A stretch of DNA of 64,000 nt, taken from NCBI GenBank assembly GCA_019420275.1, contig JAHZHN010000012.1:521-64520 (forward strand), written 5' to 3'. The notes under the pieces were generated by a model. The model was not told where the DNA came from. It searched no databases and saw nothing but the letters and a program-made list of their open reading frames with translations. Within the stretch, counting starts at the first letter, position 1, and every line of letters starts with the position of its first letter. This stretch comes from Clostridiales bacterium (lineage in GTDB: Bacteria > Bacillota > Clostridia > Lachnospirales > Lachnospiraceae). The translations under genes and the position numbers were made by a program. Shown here one piece after another: positions 1 to 10,573 of this stretch.

Positions 1-407
1 GTCGGCATTCCAACCACGCAGGCTCTGTATTCCATAACATTCAAAATGCATCGTTTAATGAGCTCCCGATCAATCATAGGGCGCGCACCGTCATGAATCA
101 GCACATAGTCTGCCTGATTCACGGCTTTTAATCCACAATACACCGAAGCGTAGCGTTCACATCCTCCTGCTACAATTCGGGTCACTTTATGAAAATTATA
201 TTTTTCTACAATATATTGCCTGCAGTATTCGATTTCATCCTCTCCAGTCACAAGGATAACCTCATCGACCGGGCTGTTTTCAAAAGCTCTCAGGGCATAA
301 TATACCAATGGACGTGATTTTATCAGCATATATTGTTTGGGGATCCCACTTCCCATGCGCTTTCCCTCTCCTGCTGCCAAAACAATTGCAACCACTTTTT
401 TTCGCAT
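1..407 (-). CDS. ispD: 2-C-methyl-D-erythritol 4-phosphate cytidylyltransferase (3' end outside window)
   Basis: Manual translation from ATG at 407 (RBS AGGAG): MRKKVVAIVLAAGEGKRMGSGIPKQY...GGCERYASV...YVLIHDGARP. Not in the ORF track because it runs off the window. Confidence 0.93.
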   Translation of the reverse strand, partial: MRKKVVAIVLAAGEGKRMGSGIPKQYMLIKSRPLVYYALRAFENSPVDEVILVTGEDEIEYCRQYIVEKYNFHKVTRIVAGGCERYASVYCGLKAVNQADYVLIHDGARPMIDRELIKRCILNVMEYRACVVGMP

Positions 408-416
408 ATCATACTC

Positions 417-1439
417 CTATCTATTGCCAATCTTCAGCCCTGGCACCGCATTCAAATCCCATCCGCTTTTGGTTCCGTTCATGTATTCATGATATCCGCA
501 TACGCCAATCATTGCAGCATTATCTGTACAGAAAATAGGCGATGGATAATAAAAATCAATTCCTGCCTCTTTACATCGTTCTATCATTTTTTCTCGGAAA
601 GCATGATTGGACGCAACACCTCCTGCAATTGCCAGCTTCTTGTAGCCCAATTCGACAGCTGCTTCCACACCGTGAGCGCTTAAGACATCCACAACTGCCT
701 CCTGGAAAGACGCGGCAACATCCGCTTTGTTGACCTCTTCCCCTTTCATCTGACAGTGATTTAAATAGTTTAATACTGCCGATTTGAGTCCACTAAAACT
801 AAAATCTAACTTAGAGTCATTAACTTTTGCTCTTGGAAATGCGATTGCATTTTTATTTCCTTCCTTCGCAAGAGCCTCAATCTTTGGTCCTCCCGGATAG
901 CCTAATCCGATTGCCCGAGCCACCTTGTCAAATGCTTCCCCAGCGGCGTCATCTCTAGTACGGCCAATAACTTCATATGTTACATAATCTTTCACATTTA
1001 CAAGATGGGTATGGCCTCCAGATACAACCAGACAAAGAAATGGCGGCTCCAAATCCGGATGTTCGATATAATTGGCACAGATATGTCCTTCAATGTGATG
1101 AACACCTACCAACGGCTTCTTTTTGGCAAAAGCGATTGCTTTAGCTTCCGCAACACCTACAAGCAAAGCACCCACAAGCCCAGGGCCATAGGTTACGGCC
1201 ACTGCATCTATCGTATCCAGAGTCTCCCCTGCTTCTTTTAATGCTTCTTCTATTACATAATTGATCTTTTCGATATGTTTTCTAGATGCGATTTCGGGTA
1301 CAACTCCCCCGTACAGTTTATGCAGTTCAATTTGAGATGAAATAATATTAGATTTTACAATCCGCCCGTTTTCTACAACAGACGCGGCCGTCTCGTCACA
1401 AGAAGACTCAACCGCCAGTATTTTTACACACTCACTCAT
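417..1439 (-). CDS. tsaD: tRNA N6-threonylcarbamoyladenosine synthase TsaD
   Basis: [40 protein letters not shown] and TDNAAMI motifs. Confidence 0.97.
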   Translation of the reverse strand: MSECVKILAVESSCDETAASVVENGRIVKSNIISSQIELHKLYGGVVPEIASRKHIEKINYVIEEALKEAGETLDTIDAVAVTYGPGLVGALLVGVAEAKAIAFAKKKPLVGVHHIEGHICANYIEHPDLEPPFLCLVVSGGHTHLVNVKDYVTYEVIGRTRDDAAGEAFDKVARAIGLGYPGGPKIEALAKEGNKNAIAFPRAKVNDSKLDFSFSGLKSAVLNYLNHCQMKGEEVNKADVAASFQEAVVDVLSAHGVEAAVELGYKKLAIAGGVASNHAFREKMIERCKEAGIDFYYPSPIFCTDNAAMIGVCGYHEYMNGTKSGWDLNAVPGLKIGNR

Positions 1440-1448
1440 TGGTACTCT

Positions 1449-2363
1449 TTACTCCTCCTGAAAATCTAAAGTTATTGTCTTTCCGTCCTTTCCCGGCACA
1501 GCATTTGGAAAAATTTTACGAACTTTTCCCATAAATTCCTCCGGCCACACTAAAGACGGACTGTAATGGGTCAGCCAAAGACGTTTTACCTCTGCCTCCT
1601 TTGCAAGTCTGGCAGCTTCATAAAACGTCATATGCTTATATTCTCTTGCCTTGGCTTCTTTTCCATCTTCCCCATACATGCCTTCGCAAATCAACAAATC
1701 TGCATCACACGCATGTCTGACAATGGCTGGCACCGGTCTTGTATCTGTACAATACGTAAGACGGATTCCTTTTCTAGGTTCTCCTAAAATCATGTCACTC
1801 GTCAAGATTCGCCCATTTTCGTCCTTCAATGTTTCTCCCTTTTGAAGCCGGTTCCAGTATTTCATCGGAATCTCATTTTCCTTTGCCTTCTGCGGATCAA
1901 ATTTTCCGGCACGAGGAATCACAATACTATATCCATAGCACACCACGTTATGCTTCACCTGGAACGCTTCAATTGTATATCCATCCATCTCAATCTTATG
2001 CTCTTTTTCTTTCAGTTCATAGAATTTAATTGAAAACGGCAGTTCCGGCGCAATGATCCTTAAAGAGTTTACCACCTTTTCGATCCCCCGCGGTCCAATA
2101 ATCAGCAGCGGTTCTGTTCTCTCCGCATTTCCAAGAGTCAGCAAAAGGCCTGGCAGACCGCTGATATGATCTGCATGAAAATGCGTAAAACAGATAGCAT
2201 CCAGCGGTTTTACACTCCATCCGCGATCCTTAATTCCTACCTGAGTTCCTTCCCCGCAGTCAATCAGCAGACTATGCCCCTGAAAACGGGTCATGCACGC
2301 AGTCAGTCTGCGGTACGGCAGAGGCATCATACCTCCTGTTCCTAACAAACATACATCTAACAT
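1449..2363 (-). CDS. rnz: Ribonuclease Z
   Basis: LGTGGMMP, DCGEGTQ, THFHADH metallo-beta-lactamase motif, TDTRP, HMT, LTHYS, exosite insertion. Confidence 0.93.
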   Translation of the reverse strand: MLDVCLLGTGGMMPLPYRRLTACMTRFQGHSLLIDCGEGTQVGIKDRGWSVKPLDAICFTHFHADHISGLPGLLLTLGNAERTEPLLIIGPRGIEKVVNSLRIIAPELPFSIKFYELKEKEHKIEMDGYTIEAFQVKHNVVCYGYSIVIPRAGKFDPQKAKENEIPMKYWNRLQKGETLKDENGRILTSDMILGEPRKGIRLTYCTDTRPVPAIVRHACDADLLICEGMYGEDGKEAKAREYKHMTFYEAARLAKEAEVKRLWLTHYSPSLVWPEEFMGKVRKIFPNAVPGKDGKTITLDFQEE

Positions 2364-2373
2364 ATATCATCCT

Positions 2374-2568
2374 TTATGATAAAACTTCACTTTTTTCAGT
2401 TACTTTCGGAGATATTTCAAACTGTTTCACAATACGGTCATAACAGCGTTCGCAAATTTTAAATTCATGTATTTCCATATCTTTATTTGAAAAATATCCC
2501 CACTCTTTTTTAATCTCTATAAAATCAGACTTTTCATCAATCTTATTTCCACAAACATTACAAATCAT
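2374..2568 (-). CDS. Nested in-frame 64-aa putative zinc-ribbon protein (internal start within the rimI ORF)
   Basis: Strong SD AAGGAGGAGG 5 nt before ATG at 2568; TATAAT at 2593-2598 just upstream. Confidence 0.6.
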   Translation of the reverse strand: MICNVCGNKIDEKSDFIEIKKEWGYFSNKDMEIHEFKICERCYDRIVKQFEISPKVTEKSEVLS

Positions 2569-3108
2569 AGTTTCCTCCTCCTTACCCGAATCATTATAAG
2601 CCGAAGTATCCCCTGATTCTACTGGTAATGGTTGGATGGGATCCGGATCATCCCAAAACATTAAGATTGCATCTTCCATTGGATCTGAATAATATTTCGG
2701 ACGTCTACCATACTCCTCAAATCCTGACTTTTTATAAAAATTTCTTGCAGCCTGATTAGATTCCCGCACTTCCAGATAGATGGTTTCAACCCCCATCTTC
2801 CTATATCTTTCCCGAAATTCCTGCAAAAGCAGGGTTCCAATCCCCATTTTTCGGATAAAAGGAACAATTGCAATTCGCTGAAGCTCTCCCTGTTCCAGAA
2901 TATGTTCCGCCATAATATAACCACTGATCTTGTTGCGGTCTCTCCACACGTAAATATCACTGGTCTTCTTGTAATAAAATGACTCAATGCCTTCCAGACT
3001 CCACGGCTCATGAAATGTAATCCTTTCAATTTCCGCAATCATTGCAAGATCTTCCGGAAGAGCTTTGTGTACATGCCATTCCCTAGCATTTGCTTTCGCT
3101 TTTTCCAT
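2374..3108 (-). CDS. rimI: RimI-type GNAT acetyltransferase fused to a C-terminal CxxC...CxxC putative zinc-binding domain
   Basis: RKMGIG, YLEVRESN.AA..FY..GF, RPKYY..P.EDAILM; then a low-complexity linker and MICNVC...CERC. Confidence 0.85.
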   Translation of the reverse strand: MEKAKANAREWHVHKALPEDLAMIAEIERITFHEPWSLEGIESFYYKKTSDIYVWRDRNKISGYIMAEHILEQGELQRIAIVPFIRKMGIGTLLLQEFRERYRKMGVETIYLEVRESNQAARNFYKKSGFEEYGRRPKYYSDPMEDAILMFWDDPDPIQPLPVESGDTSAYNDSGKEEETMICNVCGNKIDEKSDFIEIKKEWGYFSNKDMEIHEFKICERCYDRIVKQFEISPKVTEKSEVLS

Positions 3109-3805
3109 GAATCCGCTCTTCCCTCTCTCTTTCTGCCTGTGATTTTCTTAAATATTCCGGAGCAAAAGCATCTGCACTCTGCCATATTCCTTTCTCATAA
3201 TATACTTCCGCCAGCGCTCCCACAGCTCCGGCTCTCTGACGATTCACATGGGCGGGAGCAAAAATCGCATCTGTTCCCATAGTCTCCTCAATTTCTTTTC
3301 TATAAACCGGCACTCCATCCCCTAAAAATATTACAGGTTCCTTGTATTCTTTCAGCTGTTTTAGTGTATCCTCGACACTCTGAGCACACTGCTCTTTCAC
3401 AACCTCCATCTGAGACCCGTGGAATCGATAGAATCCTGTATACACCTGTTTCCTTCTTGCGTCCATCATTGGACAAATCAGACTGCTTACACCAAACAGC
3501 TGATAAGCAAGTCCATCCACCGTTGGAACCCCAATGATCGGTTTTTGAAGCGCCAGCCCAAGTCCTTTCGCTGTTGCCGCTCCAATCCGCAGTCCAGTGA
3601 AAGATCCCGGTCCCATTGCCACTGCGATTGCATCAATCTCTTCCATTTCAAAAGATGTTCGCTGAATCACCTCATCCAGCATTGGCAGAAGAGTCTGAGA
3701 ATGTGTCAGTTTATTTCCAGTCGTATATTCAGCAATCAGTCTGTTATCTTCCAGGAGTGCTACAGAAGCTACCAGCCCAGAACTATCCAATACCAATAAT
3801 TTCAT
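3083..3805 (-). CDS. tsaB: t6A biosynthesis protein TsaB
   Basis: LDSS, HSQTLLPM, GPGSFTGLRIG, DARR, PEYLR. Confidence 0.95.
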   Translation of the reverse strand: MKLLVLDSSGLVASVALLEDNRLIAEYTTGNKLTHSQTLLPMLDEVIQRTSFEMEEIDAIAVAMGPGSFTGLRIGAATAKGLGLALQKPIIGVPTVDGLAYQLFGVSSLICPMMDARRKQVYTGFYRFHGSQMEVVKEQCAQSVEDTLKQLKEYKEPVIFLGDGVPVYRKEIEETMGTDAIFAPAHVNRQRAGAVGALAEVYYEKGIWQSADAFAPEYLRKSQAEREREERIHGKSESKC

Positions 3806-4231
3806 CTATATCTCCTTTATCTCTATATCCCGATAGTCAAATCCTTTTTCCAGATTTTTTCGTATCTCAATTCTTGTGAAATGATCCGGCAAAATCTCCT
3901 GAATCAGATCTGCCCATTCAATCAGACAGACTCCATCTCCATAGATATAATCTTCGTATCCAATCTCATCCATCTCCTCAATATCCCCAATTCGATAAAC
4001 ATCAAAATGATAGAAAGGCAGTCTGCCATCCTCATACTCTCTTACAATTGTAAATGTAGGACTTGAGACAGCATCCTGAATTTCCAGTCCTTTCGCCATT
4101 CCTTGGGTAAATACTGTTTTCCCCACTCCCAGATCTCCATACAGACAAAATACCTGTCCAGATTTTGCTTCTTTTCCAATCTTTTCTCCTAACTGAAAGG
4201 TATCATTTGCACTATGACTCTGAATGATCAT
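3806..4231 (-). CDS. tsaE: t6A biosynthesis ATPase TsaE
   Basis: GDLGVGKT, SPTFTIV, YHFDVYR, IEWA. Confidence 0.96.
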   Translation of the reverse strand: MIIQSHSANDTFQLGEKIGKEAKSGQVFCLYGDLGVGKTVFTQGMAKGLEIQDAVSSPTFTIVREYEDGRLPFYHFDVYRIGDIEEMDEIGYEDYIYGDGVCLIEWADLIQEILPDHFTRIEIRKNLEKGFDYRDIEIKEI

Positions 4232-4242
4232 CCTAATCTCCT

Positions 4243-4830
4243 TTACTCTTCCGTTTTTTCTTCTTCACTTCCATTTTCTTTCATCTCGCCGGAAGCCTTT
4301 GCATACTTGGAAATTCCCGAATCTCCCTGTGTACGTCTGACAGGATTTGCTCTGGCCGCTTTCACATGATCTTCAATGTATTTCATGATTTCCTGTTTTT
4401 GACTTCCCATGGCCTCATCTGGAAATACAAATGCCTGCTGTTTTCCTGTATATAAAATATAAAGTCCAAAACTGTGTTTTATCTTAATGATTCGATTCCA
4501 CTCGATGGTTCCGGTATCATCCCCAATCTCAACAAAAATCCCATCCTCTTTCATCGTATAGTAAGATGGCTGCTGATACGTAGGATGGGTGTCGGCCTGT
4601 TTTTTAGCTTTCTGATATAAAATGAGCGGATTGATCACCACCAGTAATAAAAGGATTAGTGCTCCAGTCACAATATACGTCCAATCTTGATTCTGAATAA
4701 TACCTCTGATGCACATAAAAAATCCTACAATGATCATAACAATGGAAAAAATTCCAGATGCTCCGGAATACGTATACATCATTGAAAATTTAAAGATATC
4801 TTTTTCTGTCAGTTGTGTTTGAAACTTCAT
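4243..4830 (-). CDS. YcxB-family membrane protein
   Basis: Two TM helices followed by EDGI...IEW..I..I...YILY.....AFVFP; start moved to ATG 4830 after RBS AAGGAG. Confidence 0.7.
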   Translation of the reverse strand: MKFQTQLTEKDIFKFSMMYTYSGASGIFSIVMIIVGFFMCIRGIIQNQDWTYIVTGALILLLLVVINPLILYQKAKKQADTHPTYQQPSYYTMKEDGIFVEIGDDTGTIEWNRIIKIKHSFGLYILYTGKQQAFVFPDEAMGSQKQEIMKYIEDHVKAARANPVRRTQGDSGISKYAKASGEMKENGSEEEKTEE

Positions 4831-4860
4831 GTTATTTCTCCTTTTTCCTATTAATGAGAT

Positions 4861-4869
4861 ATTATAGCA
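4861..4869 (-). promoter_or_regulatory. Extended -10 sigma-A promoter for the ycxB-tsaE-tsaB-rimI operon
   Basis: TGCTATAAT on the minus strand about 30 nt before the start codon. Confidence 0.6.
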
Positions 4870-4878
4870 TAATCCTGG

Positions 4879-4907
4879 GTATAAAACCAACCTTTTTACA
4901 AATACTA
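4879..4907 (+). promoter_or_regulatory. SigG-type forespore promoter of spoVT
   Basis: GTATA-N17-AATACTA resembles the SigG consensus GHATA-N17/18-CATAWTA; spoVT is a known SigG target. Confidence 0.65.
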
Positions 4908-4937
4908 TGGATATAAAAAAATAATGGAGGATTAATC

Positions 4938-5480
4938 ATGAGAGCTACAGGTATCGTACGAAGAATAGATGATCTCGGACGAATTGTCATTCCAAAAGAA
5001 ATACGCAAAACTATGCACATCCGAGAGAGCGATCCTTTGGAAATCTTTACGGAACGGGACGGCGGCATTATTCTAAAGAAATATTCTCCAATCGGAGAAA
5101 TGAGTCTCTCCGCACAGCAGTTTGCAGATGCGGTTGCTGCTTCTCTTCCCCATACAGTTTGTGTCTGTGACCAGGATTCCGTGATTGCGGCTTCTGGTCC
5201 CAACGGCAAGAAACTTCTCGGGAAAATACTGCATCCCAAAGCAGAAGATGCCCTTCACGGCAGGAAGCAGATGATTCTTTCAAAAAAAGATCCCGGCTTC
5301 TTCCCTTTGGTTTCAGATTTTCCTGAAGAGTTCATTGAAATTGCTTTTTCTACCATTATTGCAGAGGGAGATGCCATTGGACTGGTTTGCTTTCTTTCCA
5401 ACGAAGCTGCTTTTACCGATCAGGACCTTTTAATGGCCCGAGTTGGTGCCTCCTTTCTTGGAAAACAAATGGAAGATTAA
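4938..5480 (+). CDS. spoVT: Stage V sporulation protein T
   Basis: MRATGIVRRIDDLGRIVIPKEIR AbrB domain plus GAF C-terminus ending FLGKQME. Confidence 0.96.
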   Translation: MRATGIVRRIDDLGRIVIPKEIRKTMHIRESDPLEIFTERDGGIILKKYSPIGEMSLSAQQFADAVAASLPHTVCVCDQDSVIAASGPNGKKLLGKILHPKAEDALHGRKQMILSKKDPGFFPLVSDFPEEFIEIAFSTIIAEGDAIGLVCFLSNEAAFTDQDLLMARVGASFLGKQMED

Positions 5481-5482
5481 GA

Positions 5483-5542
5483 AAAAATCCCCGATCGAAG
5501 GCCATATCTTTTGGATCAATGGCCATTCGATCGGGGATTTTT
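5483..5542. terminator. Bidirectional intrinsic terminator between spoVT and uvrA
   Basis: AAAAATCCCCGATCGAA-GGCCAT...ATGGCC-A-TTCGATCGGGGATTTTT long inverted repeat between convergent genes. Confidence 0.85.
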
Positions 5543-5547
5543 CAGTT

Positions 5548-8391
5548 TCAGGACTCAGGATGTGTTTCCCGCAAATATTTTTTTAAATACTGCCCTGTGT
5601 AAGAGGCCTCTGCTTTGCAAATTTCTTCCGGAGTTCCACATGCTACAACAGTTCCTCCGCCAGAACCTCCTTCTGGTCCCATATCAATAATATAATCCGC
5701 AGTCTTAATTACTTCCAGATTATGTTCAATCACAATCACAGTATTTCCGCCTTCGGTTAATTTCCCAAGAATATCAATCAGTTTATGCACATCTGCAAAA
5801 TGCAGTCCCGTTGTCGGCTCATCGAGAATATAAATCGTTTTTCCTGTACTTCTTTTGCTAAGCTCGGAAGCCAGTTTGATCCTCTGTGCTTCTCCCCCGG
5901 ACAGTTCTGTCGATGGCTGTCCCAGTCGGATATAACCCAGTCCCACATCTCTTAACGTCTCAATTTTCCTGCGAATGGATGGAATATTCTCGAAAAACGT
6001 ACATGCCTCATCTACCGTCATATTCAGCACATTATAAATGCTTTTCCCCTTATATTTCACTTCCAGGGTCTCTCTGTTATATCTTTTGCCATGACAGACC
6101 TCACACGGAACATAAACATCTGGAAGAAAATGCATCTCAATCTTGATGATTCCATCTCCTGCGCAGGCTTCACATCGTCCACCCTTCTTGTTAAAACTGA
6201 AGCGCCCTTTGTTATAGCCTTTGGCTTTTGCATCTTTTGTCATGGCAAACAATTCTCTGATCTGATCAAATACCCCTGTATAAGTTGCGGGATTAGAACG
6301 AGGTGTTCTTCCAATCGGAGACTGATCGATATCAATAATCTTATCCAATTGCTCAAATCCAATGATATCATCGTGTTTTCCCGCTTTTGTCTTCGCTCGG
6401 TTTAATTCCTTGGCCAGTCTCTTATATAAAATCTGGTTGACCAAAGAGCTTTTTCCTGATCCGGACACTCCTGTCACACAGGTGAAGACTCCCAGAGGGA
6501 ATTCCACATCAATATGTTTCAAATTATTCTCGGCAGCTCCAACTACTTTCAAAAAACCAGTCGGTTTTCGTCTTTCTTTCGGAACCGGAATCCGAATCCT
6601 TCCGCTCAAATAAGCCCCGGTTATAGAATTTTCATTTTCCATGATCTCTTTTGCCGTACCCTGTGCAACTACCTCTCCGCCAAATTCTCCCGCTCTCGGT
6701 CCAATATCTACAATATGATCTGCCGCAAGCATTGTGTCCTCATCATGTTCTACTACAATCAGAGTATTGCCAAGATCTCTTAGATTCTTCAGCGTTCGAA
6801 TCAACTTATCATTGTCTCTTTGATGCAGCCCAATGCTTGGCTCATCCAAAATATAGGCAACCCCCACAAGACCAGATCCGATCTGAGTCGCCAGACGGAT
6901 TCGCTGAGCTTCTCCTCCGGACAAAGTTCCTGTCGCTCTGGTCAATGTCAGATATTCCAGTCCTACATCATTAAGAAAGCCAATCCTTGCTTTAATTTCT
7001 TTCAGAACCTGTTCCCCAATCAACTGCTGCCGCTGGGTCAGTACCATATTTTCCATGAAAGCCGCCAGCTCTCCCACAGACATATCACACATCTGAGCAA
7101 TATTCTTGTCTGCAATTGTAACCGCCAGAGATTCTGCTTTCAGACGCTGTCCATGACAGGCATCACATGGTGTAATTGTCATAAATGCCTCATATTCTGC
7201 TTTCATTCTCTGAGATGCCTCCCTGTATCTTCGGCTCACATTTCTGATGATTCCTTCAAATGCGACATCATAGACACCTTCTCCTCTCTGTCCTTTATAA
7301 TGGACCTTCACTTCATGTCCATTAGTTCCATAAAGCAGTATATTTTTTATTTTATCCGGATACTCAAAAAACGGTGTTGAAAGATCAAACTGATATTCTT
7401 GCGCAAGTGCATCTAAAATCGCCCGAGTATAACTTTTCTTATCTGTGCAGGACTGCCATCCAAACACCTGGATTGCACCCTCATCAATGCTCAGCTTCTG
7501 ATCCGGTATCATAAGATCCGGGTCAAATTCCATCTTATATCCCAGCCCGTGGCAGACCGGACAGGCACCAAAAGGATTATTGAAAGAAAAACTCCTTGGC
7601 TCAATCTCATCAATGCTGATTCCACAGTCGGGGCAGGAAAAACTCTGGCTGAAATTGAGCGGCTCTCCTCCGATGATATCTGCTGTCATCAGACCGTCCG
7701 TCAGATTGAGCGTTGTCTCAATGGAATCTGTCATCCTTTTTTCCACTCCCGGCCGAATCACCAGACGATCGACCACAATCTCAATATTATGCTTTTTATT
7801 TTTTTCCATGGGAATATTCTCAGAAAGGTCATAAATATTTCCATCGACCCTGACACGTACATAGCCGCTCTTCTTGGCACTTTGAAAAATCTTCTTATGT
7901 TCTCCCTTTCTTCCCCGCACGATTGGAGCCAGAAGCTGGATCCTTGTTCCTTCTTCCAGCTGCATCAAACGGTCAACCATCTGATCCACCGTCTGCCTGC
8001 TGATGGGCTTTCCGCACTTTGGACAATGTGGAATCCCAATTCTTGCATAAAGCAGACGAAAATAATCATAAATCTCCGTCACAGTTCCTACGGTAGATCT
8101 TGGGTTTCGATTCGTAGATTTCTGATCGATGGAAATGGCCGGGGATAATCCCTCTATACTGTCCACATCCGGCTTCTCCATCTGTCCTAAAAACTGTCTT
8201 GCATAAGAAGACAAAGATTCCATATATCTGCGCTGTCCTTCTGCATAAATGGTATCGAACGCCAAGGATGACTTCCCGGATCCGCTCAATCCTGTCAGGA
8301 CAACAAACTGATTCCTCGGTATTTCCAGATCTATATTTTTTAAATTATTTTCTCTCGCTCCTTTGATACGAATGGTTTCCTTCTTCATCAT
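5548..8391 (-). CDS. uvrA: Excinuclease ABC subunit A
   Basis: Two ABC cassettes ([26 protein letters not shown]) and zinc fingers. Confidence 0.98.
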   Translation of the reverse strand: MMKKETIRIKGARENNLKNIDLEIPRNQFVVLTGLSGSGKSSLAFDTIYAEGQRRYMESLSSYARQFLGQMEKPDVDSIEGLSPAISIDQKSTNRNPRSTVGTVTEIYDYFRLLYARIGIPHCPKCGKPISRQTVDQMVDRLMQLEEGTRIQLLAPIVRGRKGEHKKIFQSAKKSGYVRVRVDGNIYDLSENIPMEKNKKHNIEIVVDRLVIRPGVEKRMTDSIETTLNLTDGLMTADIIGGEPLNFSQSFSCPDCGISIDEIEPRSFSFNNPFGACPVCHGLGYKMEFDPDLMIPDQKLSIDEGAIQVFGWQSCTDKKSYTRAILDALAQEYQFDLSTPFFEYPDKIKNILLYGTNGHEVKVHYKGQRGEGVYDVAFEGIIRNVSRRYREASQRMKAEYEAFMTITPCDACHGQRLKAESLAVTIADKNIAQMCDMSVGELAAFMENMVLTQRQQLIGEQVLKEIKARIGFLNDVGLEYLTLTRATGTLSGGEAQRIRLATQIGSGLVGVAYILDEPSIGLHQRDNDKLIRTLKNLRDLGNTLIVVEHDEDTMLAADHIVDIGPRAGEFGGEVVAQGTAKEIMENENSITGAYLSGRIRIPVPKERRKPTGFLKVVGAAENNLKHIDVEFPLGVFTCVTGVSGSGKSSLVNQILYKRLAKELNRAKTKAGKHDDIIGFEQLDKIIDIDQSPIGRTPRSNPATYTGVFDQIRELFAMTKDAKAKGYNKGRFSFNKKGGRCEACAGDGIIKIEMHFLPDVYVPCEVCHGKRYNRETLEVKYKGKSIYNVLNMTVDEACTFFENIPSIRRKIETLRDVGLGYIRLGQPSTELSGGEAQRIKLASELSKRSTGKTIYILDEPTTGLHFADVHKLIDILGKLTEGGNTVIVIEHNLEVIKTADYIIDMGPEGGSGGGTVVACGTPEEICKAEASYTGQYLKKYLRETHPES

Positions 8392-8396
8392 TGCTC

Positions 8397-10385
8397 CTAC
8401 TCATCATAATCTCTGTATGCTATCTTAAATTCTTTTAATTCATCCCGCAGCTGCGCTGCTTCCTCAAAATTAAGCTCTGCTGCGGCCTGATTCATCTTCT
8501 TTGTCAGTCTTTCTATGATTTCTTTTAACTCTTTCTTAGTCATTGATTCGATATCTTTCTCATATTGATCTGCAGTTTCTTCCTGATCTTCTGAAATTTT
8601 AATCAAATCCCTGACATCTTTCTGAATCGTCTGCGGCGTAATACCATGTTCTTTATTATACTGATCCTGAATCTCTCTCCTTCGATTGGTCTCTGATATG
8701 GCAGCCTCCATGGAATCTGTCACCGTATCTGCGTACATGATCACATGTCCCTCACTATTTCTTGCAGCACGTCCGATGGTCTGCACCAAAGAGGTCTCAG
8801 ATCTCAAAAATCCTTCCTTATCTGCGTCCAGAATCGCAACCAGAGTAATTTCAGGAATATCCAGACCCTCTCTTAACAGATTGATTCCAACCAGAACATC
8901 AAAAACACCCATTCTGAGATCCCTCACAATCTCGATTCTCTCTAATGTATCTATATCAGAATGCAGGTATTTGACGCGGATTCCCACTTCCCGCATATAA
9001 TCTGTAAGTTCCTCCGCCATCCGCTTGGTCAAAGTAGTCACTAAAACCTTATGTCCCTTGTCCGTCTCTTTGTGAATTTCACCTAGAAGATCATCGATCT
9101 GACCACTGACCGGCCGCACATCAATCCGCGGATCCAGAAGTCCTGTCGGCCGTATGATCTGCTCAGCCCTCAGCATCTCATGTTCTTCCTCATATTTTCC
9201 CGGAGTAGCTGACACAAAGAGCATTTGGTCAATCTTCTGCTCAAATTCTGAAAACTCCAGCGGACGATTATCTTTAGCAGACGGCAGGCGGAATCCAAAA
9301 TCCACTAACGTTGATTTTCTCGACTGATCTCCTGCATACATTCCGCCAATCTGAGGAATTGTCATATGTGACTCATCAACGATCATCAAAAAATCATCGC
9401 CGAAGAAATCAATCAGAGTATTCGGCGGCTCTCCCGGCTTTAATCCCGCAAGATGCCGGGAATAATTTTCAATTCCGGAACAAAAACCTGTCTCTTTCAT
9501 CATTTCAATATCAAAATTCGTCCTCTCTGCAATCCTCTGAGCCTCAATCAGCTGGTCATTCTCCTTAAAATACTCCACCTGCTGCACTAGTTCTTCCTTG
9601 ATGCCCTTGATTGCCCGCTCAATCTGTTCCTGAGGCACAACATAATGGGATGCCGGAAAGATCGCAATAAAATTAACACTCCTTTTGACTTCACCAGTTA
9701 AAATATCAAACTCTACAATCCGATCGATCTCATCTCCAAAAAATTCAATCCTTACTGCATCCTCAAAAGTGGAAACCGGAACCACTTCCAGAACATCTCC
9801 CTTCACCCGGAAGGTTCCTCTCTTAAAATCCAGTTCATTCCTTACATACTGGATATTAATCAATTCGTCAATAACCTGATCTCTGTCCTTGATCATCCCA
9901 GGTCGCAGAGAAATCATCATCTCTGTGTAACTCTCTTTATTACCAATTCCATAAATACAGGAAACACTGGACACAACGATCACATCTTTGCGCTCAATCA
10001 ACGCCGCTGTAGCGCTGTGACGCAGCTTGTCAATCTCATCATTGACCGATGAGTCCTTCTCTATATACGTATCTGTCGACGGCACATAAGCCTCCGGCTG
10101 GTAATAATCATAATAGGACACGAAATATTCCACTGCATTGTGCGGAAAAAACGCCTTAAATTCACTGTAAAGCTGTGCTGCCAATGTTTTATTATGTGCC
10201 AGGATCAGCGTGGGTTTATTCAGGGCCTGTATAATATTCGCCATTGTAAATGTCTTGCCGGATCCTGTAACGCCCAGCAGTGTCTCAAACTGATTTCCCT
10301 CTCTAAACCCCTGCACCAGCTTCTCGATTGCCTGAGGCTGATCACCGGTCGGCTCATATTCTGATACTAATTCAAAATGATCCAT
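8397..10385 (-). CDS. uvrB: Excinuclease ABC subunit B
   Basis: [29 protein letters not shown]-terminal UVR domain; ATG 10385 fits the RBS better than TTG 10391. Confidence 0.98.
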   Translation of the reverse strand: MDHFELVSEYEPTGDQPQAIEKLVQGFREGNQFETLLGVTGSGKTFTMANIIQALNKPTLILAHNKTLAAQLYSEFKAFFPHNAVEYFVSYYDYYQPEAYVPSTDTYIEKDSSVNDEIDKLRHSATAALIERKDVIVVSSVSCIYGIGNKESYTEMMISLRPGMIKDRDQVIDELINIQYVRNELDFKRGTFRVKGDVLEVVPVSTFEDAVRIEFFGDEIDRIVEFDILTGEVKRSVNFIAIFPASHYVVPQEQIERAIKGIKEELVQQVEYFKENDQLIEAQRIAERTNFDIEMMKETGFCSGIENYSRHLAGLKPGEPPNTLIDFFGDDFLMIVDESHMTIPQIGGMYAGDQSRKSTLVDFGFRLPSAKDNRPLEFSEFEQKIDQMLFVSATPGKYEEEHEMLRAEQIIRPTGLLDPRIDVRPVSGQIDDLLGEIHKETDKGHKVLVTTLTKRMAEELTDYMREVGIRVKYLHSDIDTLERIEIVRDLRMGVFDVLVGINLLREGLDIPEITLVAILDADKEGFLRSETSLVQTIGRAARNSEGHVIMYADTVTDSMEAAISETNRRREIQDQYNKEHGITPQTIQKDVRDLIKISEDQEETADQYEKDIESMTKKELKEIIERLTKKMNQAAAELNFEEAAQLRDELKEFKIAYRDYDE

Positions 10386-10469
10386 TATCAAATCTCTCCT
10401 TTTGGGCCTATACAGACGCTCTCTTTCGCTTATTATAGCAAAGCAGCCTAAAATTGTACAGACTAATTT

Positions 10470-10483
10470 CGAATGTTTGTTCT
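10470..10483. promoter_or_regulatory. LexA (Cheo/SOS) box upstream of uvrB
   Basis: AGAACAAACATTCG (minus strand) vs Firmicute GAAC-N4-GTTC; lies just upstream of a TGTACA-N17-TATAAT promoter with extended TG. Confidence 0.75.
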
Positions 10484-10510
10484 GTTTGCTGGAGTTGAGT
10501 TTTCAATTCC

Positions 10511-10519
10511 TTATCCACA
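10511..10519 (+). promoter_or_regulatory. Perfect DnaA box upstream of the uvrB promoter
   Basis: TTATCCACA in intergenic DNA. Confidence 0.5.
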
Positions 10520-10529
10520 TAAAGTGATG

Positions 10530-10570
10530 AAAAAAATCCGGTGCCTCTCCCTCCGAGACCCGGATTTTTA
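10530..10570 (-). terminator. Intrinsic terminator after the ctp protease gene
   Basis: AAAAAATCCGG...CCGGATTTTTT inverted repeat. Confidence 0.7.
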
Positions 10571-10573
10571 TTT

